This document shows positions 1-45,585 of a DNA stretch of 64,000 nt, piece after piece. Location: NCBI RefSeq assembly GCF_009914755.1, contig NC_060941.1; one strand, 5' to 3'. Each line of letters begins with the position of its first letter. Position 1 is the stretch's first letter. The position numbers were made by a program, and so were the translations under genes. The notes below the pieces were generated by a model that made no database searches, had not been told where the DNA came from, and was given only the letters and a program-made list of their open reading frames with translations. Source of the stretch: the human T2T-CHM13v2.0 reference genome, Homo sapiens.

Positions 1-2
1 AT

Positions 3-230
<228 letters not shown>

Positions 231-687
231 TGATTATTGGTCACTGGCTGTGTTATAAGGCATGACTTTGAACTATTACTGATTTACTGCAGTTGACTAT
301 TTTCTGTACACGTCCGCCTATCTCCCAGTGCTGTACTTCAGTGCTTTCAGGATAATGAGATTTTTTCTTTGCCTTGAGGGGTTGGGCGTGAGGTCATTCC
401 CTGACTTCTGTTTTGGATGATTTTCAGATATTTAATTTACATTGCTTTTGCATTAGTTATTCCTAGTCTGTCTTTTTAAATGAAGCTTTCTTTGCAGCTC
501 TGGTTATTTAATTGAACACAGGAGTAGACTTCTCATTGATTTGTCATCATTTTAGATGAGAGGACTCAGCTCCTGGGCTGCCTTGTATCTGGGAATAACC
601 CATAGTATCTAATATTTACCACATAAGGTAGTATATGAAGGTAGTCTTCCGAATTTACATTTTTAGGGCTTTAAAAAAATAATCTGG

Positions 688-782
688 GGCTGGTCTGATG
701 GTAGTGGGTTATCAGAGCTTATTAACATTAGTGTCACTGCAGTTGGTATACAAACCCCCCACTGCTAAATTTGACTGGCTTT
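688..782 (+). pseudogene. RNY4P8: Y RNA (hY4/RNY4) processed pseudogene, probably RNY4P8
   Basis: GGCTGGTCTGATGGTAGTGGGTTATCAG...CCCCCCACTGCTAAATTTGACTGGCTTT is near-identical to recalled hY4; flanked by direct repeats; the paralogue number is from memory and less certain. Confidence 0.88.
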
Positions 783-861
783 AAAAAAAATCTGGGGGAA
801 GAGGAAAGAGTCACATTAGTGGGGAAAGCTGCGTTTTGGGGATGCATTATGTTTTTGTTAA

Positions 862-1319
<458 letters not shown>

Positions 1320-2760
1320 TGATTTTTTTTATTACTTGTTGGATCAGTCAGATTTGCTGCATAGTTGAATTTCTGTGATGAAAATTTCTGTAGTTGAAAA
1401 ATTTTTTTCCCTTAAGTAACCTTGGAATTTTAATTAATTCCATCTCTACATGTGATAGAAATCTGTTTCACCAGAGGTTTGACTGAATTGAATTTCAAGA
1501 AGTGGTGGCACTTTCTCCATTGAGAGGAGAGGGCTGTGAGCTATAGAAAAAGCCTTTTTTTGGAGTGGTAGTGGTAAAATGTGTGTAACATGAATGTTAT
1601 TCTAGTCTGTTTCCTTGTACTTTAGAGAAACCAGAAACACTTTAGTGGAAACCCTCTGTTATAGTCTGTCCTAGAACACATGGAGGCAAGTTTTTCATTC
1701 CTCTTGACATTATTCCCTGTGTGATTATAGGAACCTGTTTGGTTCCTGCCGTTGTTGGCTCCTGGAGTGGCATGTGACTACTCTTAGGCAGCTCCTGGCT
1801 CTTTTCTCATTTTGGGGTTCTTTGGCCTAGGGACTGGATGCCATTATGCCATTGTAGTAATGAGCTCCTACCTCCCATGCTGGATTGCTTTTCAGGAGCA
1901 AAGCTGAAGGACAGCTGAACAGGTGGGCAGATTACCAACAGGTGACTTTTAACCCTGGAAGGCCTTCAGTTAGTACTTAGTCTCTGGATGAGATTAAGCC
2001 AGGAGATCAAGTATAGTCTGTGGGATTAATGAGATAACCGATCGAACTTCTGGTTTGAGTGTGAAGCTGTCGGTTCATTTAGGTTTCTTTGGTTTTACAG
2101 TGTTGGTGTATTGGACAGAGAAGGGGACTACTTTTGGATTTGGAGGATGGCCTATATATAAAGCCTCAGATTTCATCTCTTCTCACTCTGTTCTAGCTAT
2201 CCTGGTCTTTTTACTAGTTCTCTAACACACCAACTACATTCCCATGTTAGAATTTTTTCACTTGCTGTTATTTCTTTTCGGAATGCTCTTTCCCCAGATG
2301 TTTACATGGCATGCTCTGCTCATGGAGAGACTTCTTGGGAGAGCCAGATACTCTCCCTCAATGGCCCTTTCCCTGTGACTGTATTATTTTATCATTATTA
2401 TTACTATTTTGTTGTTGTCGTGGTTAAATTCTCCTAGATCCTGAAGCCTGCAACCCTATCCAAAGGAAGACTCTAACCTGGGCAGCTGTAGTCCCAGCTA
2501 CTGGGGAGGCTGAGGCTGGAGGATTGCTTAAGCCCAGACGTTCAAGACCAGCTTAGGCAACATAGTCTGGACAATCTATCTCTAAAAAATAAATAAGTAA
2601 AACAAAAGAACATTCCAGTCTATTCCTATACTCTACCTTTATGATTCTCTGTTTTTTTTACTCCTTTTATCAGTAACTGTTATACTGAGATTTTATTTCT
2701 TCCTTCTTACACTAAGTAAGCTCCAAGACAGTAGACGCTTGTCTTGCTCATCTTCTAGAA

Positions 2761-3281
<521 letters not shown>

Positions 3282-3494
3282 TTCTAGAAAAATACTTTGG
3301 CACTCAGTGGGTGCTTCAATATTTATTAAGTGGTTAAGTTGTGGATACTTAATTGGATGATGGATGCATGAGTGCATTCAGCATATTAAAATTTTTTGGA
3401 GCATTGAACAACACGTATAGCCTTGTGTTTCTTTCTTTCCTCTTTTCATAGATATCTCCATTCTTCTGTCTGTTTTCTGTTTCTGGCATGTTGA

Positions 3495-6206
<2,712 letters not shown>

Positions 6207-6913
6207 TAGATTATCTGGGAGATAGAGTAGTCAAAGCTGTTGTGGTTTTTTCAGAGAGGATCCTGAAATTTGTTTTACCTATCTCTGTTTCTTTGTATTG
6301 AGAAATGGTTTATTAGGATATTAAGTAATTAAACATATATTGAAGAAATAAAGATGATTTTCTTTTTGATATCTCAGATTCCTATTCATATGACTGATTC
6401 TTGTAAGGAAGGACTGGGACCTTAAGATTTTGCTGAGTGAGGGAGGTGGCCTGTTTTTTTAAGGTCAGTTTTTTTCCCTTTTGGGATTTTGTTCAGTGCT
6501 TTGATACAAAAACTGTAATTTACTTTGTAGTCAAAACTGAGATCAAAGGAAAGTACTGTTACCTGAGGCATGAAAATAGAAGATAGCATTAAGATTTAGA
6601 ATTTTTCTTGATTTTCGTGTCTTTTTAAAATAACTTGCAATTGAAACCTGAGTTTTAGAGCAGCAGAATGCCATTTGAATAAAGGCCCCAGATTGTAGTG
6701 GTAACTAGGATACCTCTTAGATAATTTTAAGTGTACGAGAAAAGCAAGAACTAAACTGGATTCTTCATTTATCACGTGTAAAGGGTAGTAGTTGGTGTCT
6801 TTGTACTAAGGAAGTCTCCTGTTTTTAAAATGTAGGAATATTTGGAGTGAAACATTAGGAAATTGAATAGAAAAATAGGCTTTGTCTTTTTAAAGATGGA
6901 TAGAAGGAAGCAG

Positions 6914-8681
<1,768 letters not shown>

Positions 8682-9809
8682 TATTAGATTCTTAGTATTG
8701 CAATAGACAGTGCTTCCAGAAGGCTCAAATTTGTCCTTTGATTAATCACAGTTGGTTAGTGAAATTTGTCTTTCTGTTGTCAAATGTTATGAATTGTTTT
8801 GGTTCATTTTTTTTTTTTTTTAACTCAAAGTAGTTCTCAAAGCAGACCCTCTGCATTGGATTAGCGATTATAAGTCTCAGTCCTAATTTGATGTAAACAA
8901 AAAGCTTCTTTTGGGAGTTTTTCAGGGAAAGGAAAGTTGTTTTAATTTGAATTCACCTAAATGGGGCTGTTCTTGGAAACATATAGAGAACTGTTTGTAT
9001 TCTATAACTAAGAAATTTGGAATGAGTTAAATTTCATTTGGGGAAAAATAGAAAATTGCTAAACCACACTAATTTCCAGGGGAGTTTTTTGTTTGTTTTC
9101 TCCATAGTGATTAGTGAAAAGGAAGAAGTCAGGAGACCTGGATATGAGGCCTAACTCTGCACTTTATTCCTGAGTGATCTTGGGCAGTTGCCCTTTGATG
9201 AGTCAGTTTTTCTCATGTACATGTAGGCACTCCCACTCCTGGGACTTCAGTGTCCTCACCATAAAATGGGAAGGATAATACATCATTATGTAATAAATGT
9301 CATTGATAGGAGTGTGTCATGCATACAATCCCTGTGGAGCCAGAAGAAAGCTTGAGAGCCACTGTTGGTAGTCAACACTAAAGTCAGTCACTTGATATAG
9401 ATGGTGTTTCTTTGATTTAACTTTTTTTATGTACTTAATTTTTTAAGGGGTCTTGCTGTGTTGCCTAGGCTGGATCCAAAAACAAAGGCTCAAGTGATCC
9501 TCCCTTCTTGGCCCCCTGAATAGCTGCAATTATAGGCAAGCGCCACTGATGAATCTGTTTTTCAATTAGAGTTTGAATTGAGTCTATTTTAGGAAGGCAT
9601 CTTTAACTGTGTAATATATTGCTTAAAAAAAATTGCTATGCTAGAGAATTCCTGCTTTGCTTAAATAAGTGGAGCACACTGACAGGCATAAGGCTGTTCC
9701 TTTTAGGTCATTATTCACCTTGTAGCACGGAGATTGGATCACCTATGGACATGGAAAGAGTAAAGGACTTGTCTGAGTCTTTTTTGGGTCATTCTAGGAG
9801 ATCCTTTCA

Positions 9810-11785
<1,976 letters not shown>

Positions 11786-12122
11786 TCCTAATCTTATTAA
11801 TAACCTTGCTTAGAAGCAGTTCTTCCATGGATTGATTGGTGAGGTTGGTTACCATCTTGAACCTTTCTTGTCATCTGTAAGTTGTACTCATGGTGGCCAT
11901 GTTATTTTGGCTTCCATTTTTTGGGGGGAGGGGGTCAAAAAATGGGATTTCCTTAAAATGGCTTTGTGGGGGTAGTTATTGTTCTTGAGTTCTGGTTTTA
12001 GTCTGATCTGTAAAATGAGGATTACTTGCAGACTATAATAGAGGGGCAACTATATAGTTTTTGAGTTTTAAGTGTTTGGTGATCTGATAAATGGCTGTCA
12101 GATTCCAGGGATGTGACTATAC

Positions 12123-13727
<1,605 letters not shown>

Positions 13728-13928
13728 GACTGTATCACAGTGGAACTAAAAGATAAGGTGTTCAGTCTCTTTTGATTACCATGCCCAGTTCTCTCATTCT
13801 CCTGGGCACTTGTATCTAATGGTAAAGCTGTTCTTAATGAGTTTCTTTTTCATTTGCAGGTATATGAATGACCTAAAGGTACAAATAAAGACGGAGAGAG
13901 AACAGTGCCAACTGGGAGCAGGGCAAGA

Positions 13929-35718
<21,790 letters not shown>

Positions 35719-37291
35719 AGCCTGGCTTGGTCCCGTTCCTCAGGAAAAGGATGGACCTTCTCTTCTTCTCAGATGGTCCCTTCCATTCCCCTGAAACCTG
35801 CATGAGAGCTCCTAACATGTTTCTCCAATGCAATCAAGCCCTAGACTCCAAATGTCCTCCCAGCTCACCTCCATCTATGCATCTCATCTCTGGATTTGGT
35901 GATCAGACTCTATATTGACAGTAGGATCTCAAACCCTGCATCCATCCTTCCTCCAGCAAGCCCTGCTAGCCACATGAGGAACAAGTTTCCGTGTCTTCTG
36001 CCTTCCTCTTGGGGAAAGGTGCCTTGTTGTGATGAATTAACTCACTGTTAGGGCAGGGTGGAGAATGGTACTCCTTCCTTCTCCTGTCCACTGTGGGGGA
36101 AGCTTGGCAGGTATATTATATTTCATCATTTAGGAGGCTGGCATGACCAGGACTTATGGGTGGGAGGGGAGCATTTTTAGTGAAGCAAGAAAGGAGTTTG
36201 CCAAGAAGTGATCTGTTTTAAAGGTCATATTTGGAGAAAGGGCAAGGAATTGGGTCTGCTTTATTTTTGGGGGTATTTTGTTTTTGTTCTCACCTGCTGC
36301 CCCCCCACCCCACCACCCCAGGGATAAATTGGATATAAACACTAAATACTAATCAGTTGAACTTAACATTTAATAAAAAGAAAGGGTGAAATAAACTGAA
36401 GACCATTTTAGAACTAGTCAGTTCTCTGCAGCAAAGGGAACAGGAGCCATTTGAACCCTCTGGGACCCCTCACCCCACTGCTTCAGGGTGCTAGGCTGAG
36501 GGATGTTTTTCCTCCCCCTTACCGCCCATGCCCTTGAAAGAAAAATCACTTTTTGTGGAGGGCATCATTCATTCCTGATTCACAAACCCCAAAAACCTCT
36601 GGTGGGAGATAGGAAGATAGGGCGTGGGCCTGGGCCTTAACCTCAATCTTGTGTCTGCCTCAGTCTTTTCTGACTGGCCCTGAAGTTGTCAGTGGCTCTT
36701 TCTGTCCTTCAGCCCCTGGAAGGTGCTCCAGGATAACAAAGAAGGGCAGGTTGAAGCCCCTCATGGAAGGAGCTGGCTTTGTGGGGCTGCAAAGGACTTT
36801 TAAGTCCTGCCTGTACTGAAGTTCACAGCCCACCTGACTGAGCAGACTCTTCCTGTTCCTTTCTCTACCACCCTTGCCTTCCCAGGACTGCACGGTTTAA
36901 CACAGCAGAGTACAGAAGGGTGAAGAAGTGAGCAGAGGCTTATGAAGATATTCAGATACTCTTCTATGCCAGGAAGCACAAAGACTTTGTTGAGATTTGC
37001 CTCAGTTCAGTAGATCTTCCTTGGCAGCCAGCCATAGGTTGTTTCTTTGTCTTCCGGGTCCTAAAGAGCACAGAGAAAATGGAGGTCCCCAGTCTAGGTA
37101 GGAAGCTGATTGGATGAGGACTTCTTTTTTTCCGACAGCAGGATGGGGCTCTTGGGCTCCACACACCAGATGCTTTGGTTTTCTACAACTGTTGCTATGT
37201 GTAGAGGGTGCTCAGAGCGTGGCATGAGAGCAAGGAGACCATGGCTACTCTTTGAAATGGATGGGGAAAATTAGCTTAAAAATTTAATCAC

Positions 37292-37364
37292 GAGATTGCG
37301 CCACTGCACTCCAGCCTGGGCGACAGAGCCAGACTCCGTCTCAAAAAAAAAAAAAAAAAAAAAA
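37292..37364 (+). mobile_element. Severely 5'-truncated Alu with TSD aaaaatttaatcac in WIPF2 3'UTR
   Basis: Only the last ~50 nt of Alu plus A-tail, between direct repeats. Confidence 0.85.
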
Positions 37365-37640
37365 ATTTAATCACACACATCACAGGCTTAAACTGTCTTA
37401 GAGACCTTTCCAGTTGATTGGATCACAGGCTAGGGATCTGTGCATGGTGCCAGGTGAAACCCAAGTCTCCCCAGTGCTAGGTGAGGGAGGGCTCAACGGG
37501 GGTAATGTGTATGGGGTCTGCTGTCCTTTGCCATCCCCTGGACCATATTAACTCTGGGACAGACCATGATTAGGTCTGTCACCAAACTTTTCCTAATCAT
37601 TTTTTATGTATCATTCTTCTTTCTAATCTGTTAGCAGTTA

Positions 37641-38135
<495 letters not shown>

Positions 38136-40225
38136 TTATCAAAGTGTTTTTTTTTTTTTCCTCCTTTACTCAGACATAGAGCATCAAAATATCACGAGTA
38201 AAGCCAAACCCCAGCTTTTCACTGGGGCTGATATCTTCCTCCCCATGGCCCACTGCCCCCTCATATTCCCCAGCACTTGGACTGTGTCACATGGGTATTG
38301 ATTGTATACTTGTTGTCTTGGCCTCATGCAAAAAGGCCTGGGTCTAGATCTAGTCAGATGAGTTTTTTTTAGAGCATGTTGATGATACAACACCTGTTTA
38401 AATGTCTGCCTTATATGTTATTTGGTCCCACTGTTAATAATAGATTTATTACTATGTATATTTACTATTGAAGATGGGAATGTGATCTGCATAGTTATCA
38501 GTCTATTTTGTATGTTGTAAAAAGCTTCTAATTTAGGTTTAAGGTGGGCTGGCTACAAGAGCACTAAAACTCCTCACCTTTTAAACTGCTCTTTTTATCT
38601 GCTTGTGGGAATGTCGTCTCTTTCGTGGAAGATTGGGTGGTCTCATGTTGAGGCTGTTGCCCAGTCCCATTAACTCCCTTGTCCCCCCACAGAAGGAAGA
38701 GACATTGCCCAGCTAAGCATCAGGAAGCTGTGTTAAAAGCCCTTCTATGGGTTTGGTTTTGTGATGTTTTTCCCTAATGGGAAAAACGTTATAGTTGTTT
38801 CTTACTGCCCTGTCTGGGAAGCAGGGCAAACCTCCAGGTTTTTAAATGAGCTAGATGCCCCTCTTCCTCTTCTCTGGTCACTGAACCTGGACCAAAGCAC
38901 TTTGATATTCCAGGTGTGATTTTCTCTGTCATGGGGATTTGCTCCACTGCAGAGCCCCATCATTTTCACAGCGTAGGCCAACAGAGTGAGAACCTAGGGC
39001 TACCCTAGCTGATGGATGTGAGGCTGCTGTCTACAGGAGCTCATCCCAGCCCTGTTAACTGGCAGTGGCAAGGATACTCGTCATCGGCCATTGCACTGGG
39101 GAACTCCCTCACCCCATGGCTTCCCAACTTGAAACCCAGATTTACCTCCAGGGAGAGGTGAGAAAAAAATTGTAAATAGACTTGCTAAAGAGCAACTCAG
39201 GGTTGGGGTGTGTTTTAATTCTCCTGATCACTTGAAATAATCTGTAGGCTGAGTGCTTATGGGGGTGGGGGAGAAGGGTGACTCCAGGGTCCTTCCATTT
39301 TGTGAAGCTCTGGGGGTGGAGTGTGGGCATCTGAGGCCCTATGATGGCACTACATTGAGCTGTCTGCCCTTCCGGAAACCCAACCTGCAATCAACTGCAA
39401 ATCAAATTCTTCACATTCCAGCTACAGTCTTTCTTTCCCCATTGAATCTCAGTCCCTGGCCATGTGGTCAAGGTGGCTTTCTGTTAAGCTACCCTAATTT
39501 CGGGAATGGGAGGGGAGAGAGGAGGGCCATTACAACTCTGCCTTCAAGACTCATCTCTTAAAAACAAAACGAAACAAAACTACAACCACCATCAAAACCA
39601 CACGCAAAAAAAAAAAAAAAAAAAAAAAAAGGATAACTTTAACCGAAGGAAGGGTTTGGTTCCATTCAACTCCACATTCATTGTGCCTTTACTTGCATTA
39701 GATTTCTGTGCTTTCTTCCTTTCCCTCTTTGAAGCAATTAAAATCTTCCTTGATAACTGCTGTTTCTTTCTACTCTTGTTTCTGGCAATTTAGTGGGTTC
39801 CTTCTCTAGTGGTCTTAAATCTCATTCCACTGGTGGCAAGATGGGGCCTAGCCTTCTTTTCACATGTCTAATCTTTTCCTTTCTCATGGTGCCCTCCATG
39901 GAAGTCACAGTCAACACTGAATAAATGACTAGAATGACACGTGTGCGTGCGCACGCGTGTGCGTGTGTGTGTTCATCTGTCTGCATGTGGATCAATTTCT
40001 TTTAGAAAATAATTTATTGTATGATTTATTTTGGAGTTATATTCTGATTACAGTGCTCCCTCTCCCAAATAGCATTGATTTTTTCCCCCCTCTAAAATGT
40101 ATAATCTGGTCTCAGGTTGGATTCTTTGGTACATTTCTCTCTTCTGGATGCCATGCAGCTTAATTAAAACCTTGCTTAAAAACAAAAAGTGAAAATTGTG
40201 TACTCTTGTCTGGAATACCGCCTCA

Positions 40226-41041
<816 letters not shown>

Positions 41042-41734
41042 AGTCCTTATTTTATATTTCCACCTAACTCCCCTTTGCCCACGATTTCAGGGAACCTAGG
41101 AGGCTTCCTGGCCTTGTGACCTTTTCCTTGAATCTCTTATAATTCTTTCTACCTGTGTTGCATGGCAGATTCTCAGATTGAGGCTAAAGAAAAGAAGGGT
41201 GGGGACAAAGCATACAGAATGTGTGTATCTGTTTTTATGTGGGTGTTGGCTGTTTTTCGTCACTGCTTTTTAAGCTGAATCTTAGCTGGTTTTCTTGAAC
41301 TTTGACTTTAGGTGTAAAAATTCAACCAGACATTCTCTCCTTACTGTGGTCAGCTGACATCATAACCACTAAGGCTTAATGAGCTTAACTTGCACTTTCA
41401 TCACTAGCAAAGGTCTTGAAGTTATTTCTCTTACTGATTCATAATGGGTGTGTGTATGAATCACTCTCACATAATTTAGATATAAAAACCTATGAGGATG
41501 AGGGAGGGAGGGGAAGAAAAAAAAGGACTCCTTTCATTTTCATCCGTACTTCCCAGATGGGCTGAATCTCCGATTATTTGACCCATCATTGTTATTAATA
41601 TGGTTAATAAACTACCTATTTATTGATTGAATTGTTCCTCCTGACTTGAAATAGCCTGCAAATGGAGCTTGCCTAAATGACCTTCGACTTCCTAACCCTA
41701 TAATTCATTCTGTCTTCTTGTGATGGTATTGCTA

Positions 41735-41760
41735 GTGTGTGTGTGTGTGTGTGTGTGTGT
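41735..41760. repeat. (GT)13 microsatellite
   Basis: Read directly. Confidence 0.97.
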
Positions 41761-42336
41761 CTACACACACAGTCACACAAAAGGATGCCAGACAGGTTCT
41801 TCCAGTGTGATTTGATTCCTTCTCCATGATACTGTGTATGAGTTAGCAGGTGATAAGGACACTAGTTTTCCTTCCATTACTGAGGCAGAGCTGCTTGCCA
41901 TGAATGTACCTCTTAAGTATTTCCCAACCCAATCTAACCATGAACTAAACGACCCACTGGAAGAAAGCTGCCTGTCTCCAACTTCCTAGTACTCTGCAAA
42001 GAGAGGTAAAGGAACTATGGAAAATGAATTAGAACTAGAAATATGTCAGCCTCAGGATTCTGACTGCCCCAGAGGACAACTGGGGAAATGCTTTGCCTCT
42101 GACATCACTGGAGCCCAGTCTGGATCATTTTCACACATAATTGAATTCATTCTCCATTCCTAGGCTTAGGGGTGTGAGACTTAAAAGACTGTATGCTCTC
42201 CAGCCACAAGTGTTTATGCAAAGGGTGGATGTCCACTTGGCAAGAATGTCCTTTCCATTCCTTCATTCAGCAAGCTCTTATTGTACACTTTACTCTGTAC
42301 CAGGCATCTACAATATGAAGATGAAAAGTCTGTTTT

Positions 42337-43916
42337 TGCCGGGCGCGGTGGCTCACGCCTGTAATCCCAGCACTTTGGGAGGCTGAGGCAGGTGGATCAC
42401 CTGAGGTCAGGAGTTTGAGACCAGTCTGTCCAATATGGTGAAACCCCGTCTACTAAAATTATGGGCGCCTGTAATCCCAGCTACTCAGGAGGCTGAGGCA
42501 GGAGAGTTGCTTGAACCCGGTTGGGTGGAGGTTGCAGTGAGCTGAGATTGTGCCACTGCACTCCAGCCTGGGCGACAGAGCGAGACTCCAAATAAAAAGT
42601 CTTTTTTTTTTTTTTTTCCAACTTGGAAATGGGTCTCCCTATGTTGTCCAGGCTGTCCTCAAACTGGGCTCAAGGGATCCTCCCACCTCAGCCTCCCGAG
42701 TAGCTGGAATTACAGATGCATGCCACTGTGCAAGGCTAAGACATGGTCTTTGACTCCAAGGAACTCATAGTTTAGTAGACTTCAGGATAGCTACCAGGAG
42801 AAACCTATGCAGGATATTAAAAGGCTTTATGGGAGTTAGCCAGGGAAGATGGATGGTTAGTGGCATTCCAGACAGAGGAAACAGCAAAAACAAAGGCACA
42901 GAAGCAAGAAACAATATGATGTGTACGCATCACGTTACTGGAGGATCATTATTAGTGCAAAGGAAAAGCTTCAAGTAGATAACCTTTCAGTCCTGACATT
43001 CTGTGATTATTTGCCTGCTTCCACAGTGGTCATTTACACCTGTAGGCTTTTCTTGGGCCACTGCTATGTTTCCTAGTGTCTTCTTTTCTTTTTTTTTTGA
43101 GGCGGAGTCTCGCTTTGTCGCCCAGGCCGGAGTGCAGTGGCGTGGCGTGATCTCCACTCACTGCAAGCTCCACCTCCCGGGTTCACACCATTCTCCCGCC
43201 GCAGCCTTCTGAGTGGCTGGGACTATAGGCACCCGCCACCACGCCTGGCTAATTTTTTTGTATTTTAGTAGAGACGGGGTTTCACCGTGTTAGCCAGGAT
43301 GGTCTCGATTTCCTGACCTCGTGATCCACCCGCCTCAGCCTCCCAAAGTGCTGGGATTACAGGCGTGAGCCACCGCACCCAGCCATTTCCTGGTGTTTTC
43401 ATAGGTTCCAATATGCATGCTAAGTACTCATAGCTTCCTAGGTTGTTTACCATAACCACCCCTTACAGCTGGCTGGGCACACATTACCATTTCAGGTTAT
43501 TAAGGGCAATTCTTAGGTGCCCATGTTATAAAAATACGAACAGTGAAGGTTGCTTCCTGAGTTCTACTATCCTACTAAGACATCAGAAATACCATCTAGT
43601 CCTTTTAAAAGCTTCCACTGTGGCCAAGAGCGGTGGTTCATGCCTGTAATCCCAGCACTGTGGGAGGCTGAGGTGGGTGGATCATGAAGTCAGGAGTTTG
43701 AGACCAACCTGGCCAACATGGTGAAACCCCTCTACTAAAAATTCAAATATTAGCCAGGCGTGGTGACGCGTGCCTGTAGTCCCGGCTACTCAGGAGGCTG
43801 AGGCAGGAGAATGGCTTGAACCCAGGTGGTGGAGATTGCAGTGAGCCGAGATCATGGCACGGCACTCAAGCCTGGGTGATAAAATGAGACTTGTCTCAAA
43901 AATAAAAAAAAAAAAA
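42337..43916. mobile_element. Intergenic Alus (4)
   Basis: Alu consensus. Confidence 0.88.
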
Positions 43917-44064
43917 GCTTCCATTGTGTGGTAACTTTCTCCATTCATGGCAGCCCATTCTCTTCACTTTTGTAGTTTTCAGCTGCTAAAAAGCCTTCAC
44001 GAAATGTACTCCACCATCTCTTCCTGTTTAGAACCTGAATCTGTCTAATCATCCCCCTATGATA

Positions 44065-44292
44065 AAGTGGTCAAGAGTTTGATTTTCTGTCAGAGTTCAG
44101 AGTTCAAATTCTAGCTCTTCCACTTACTAGTTGTGTGACCTTGGGCAAGTTTACTCAACTCCCCTCTACTGTAGTTCCCTCATTTGTAAAGTGAAATAAC
44201 ACCAGGTTCATGGGGGTGCTTGTGAAGATTAATAAGGTGATGTAGGTAAAATACTGAGCACAGCCCCTGGCATACACTTAAGCACTCAATAT
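44065..44292 (+). mobile_element. MIR
   Basis: gttcaaattctagctcttccacttactagttgtgtgaccttgggcaagtt. Confidence 0.75.
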
Positions 44293-44654
44293 TGGCTCTC
44301 TTCATGAACTAGGTACCAATTCACTGATGATCGTAATATTGTTGCTTCCCTCTTTCTAGGCTTTATGGCTCTATTTTGTTTGTTACTGAGGGGTAAAAGA
44401 TAAATGTTTACCATCACCTAGAATTGGGTTCTGGCCTCTAAAGGAACCTGAGGCTTAGATGAATTATTGGCTTTGGAAGCTGGCCTTCAAATTACTGCGC
44501 TAATTTATATTTTTCATTAAAAACTCAGCTTGCCTCTTCTATATAGCTGTCTTCCCTGGCCCTGAAACCCTAGTGTTTCGCCATAAAAGATTTTAAAATT
44601 AAGGGGTCATAATTCCCTCCCCATGATGTGTGGATTAATGGTAAGAAGATGCAC

Positions 44655-44669
44655 AGAACATAATATTCT
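44655..44669. promoter_or_regulatory. Androgen/steroid response element AGAACAtaaTATTCT
   Basis: One mismatch from the AGAACAnnnTGTTCT palindrome, about 730 bp upstream of the CDC6 start. Confidence 0.7.
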
Positions 44670-45059
44670 TAGGTTGAACGAAATAAAAGTAAAGAGTTGG
44701 CTCTGTTTCTCACCTTTGAAGCACAAATCAAGAGATACTATGATGAAGCATAGTTTTTCTTTATATAGGTGTGTAGAACTTTACCATAAAAATCACTAGT
44801 TCAGCCATCAGGAGATCTGGATCCTAGGCTCTTCACTGTCACCAAGATGCTGTGACCTCTAACCTTGTATAGAGGTTTGCTTTGTACTTTGCGAGGTTGA
44901 GCATTAGAGAGGTAAGGAAAGTGCCTAGCATCATACCTGGCGCACAGAACCCAAAACGGTAGGTATCATGTAGCAGTTCTGAAAATCTAGCCCATCAGGA
45001 TGATGCAAATGGGTACTTTAGGCAGTGAGAAGGGGAACCACATCTTGACACTTCCAGTC

Positions 45060-45400
45060 GAAGGAAGAGTGCGACTGCGCGGCAGCAAAGACTACGCCTC
45101 CCAGCGTGCTTTGCGGCGGGCCGGCCCGCTTTACCCAGAGTCGCCCTGCCGCAATCGCGCGTCTTTCCACCGAGGCCCCGGATGTAGATTCCCTCCCCCG
45201 TTCAGTGGTCGTGGCCTCACAGCGACTCTAAGACTTGGGGCTCTCTCATTGGCTGTAACTCTTCCACTGGATTGGTAGCAAAAAAAGAGGCGGTGCCCAA
45301 GGCGAAAGGCTCTGTGACTACAGCCAATCAGAATCGAGGCCGGGCTTTGGCGGGAGGTGGGAACGCTGTGGCCATTCGGATTTGGCGCGAGCGCGGCTGG
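45060..45400 (+). promoter_or_regulatory. CDC6 core promoter / CpG island: E2F sites TTTGGCGG (45346-45353) and TTTGGCGC (45381-45388); CCAAT boxes at 45248, 45271, 45324
   Basis: Motifs read directly; CpG-rich and TATA-less; CDC6 is an established E2F target. Confidence 0.88.
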
Positions 45401-45585
45401 AGTTTGCTGCTGCCGCTGTGCAGTTTGTTCAGGGGCTTGTGGTGGTGAGTCCGAGAGGCTGCGTGTGAGAGACGTGAGAAGGATCCTGCACTGAGGAGGT
45501 GGAAAGAAGAGGATTGCTCGAGGAGGCCTGGGGTCTGTGAGGCAGCGGAGCTGGGTGAAGGCTGCGGGTTCCGGCGAGGCCTGAG
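45389..45585 (+). other. CDC6: CDC6 non-coding exon 1 (start approximate)
   Basis: CpG-rich, immediately after the E2F sites; donor GAG|gtgaag; joins to ctgtgctgtcgtcATG as in the recalled mRNA. Confidence 0.8.

Noticed and set aside
1880-1947. Possible small alternative 5'UTR exon (ttttcag|GAGC...CAG|gtg)
   Set aside because: Splice-like motifs are common; cannot be supported without transcript data
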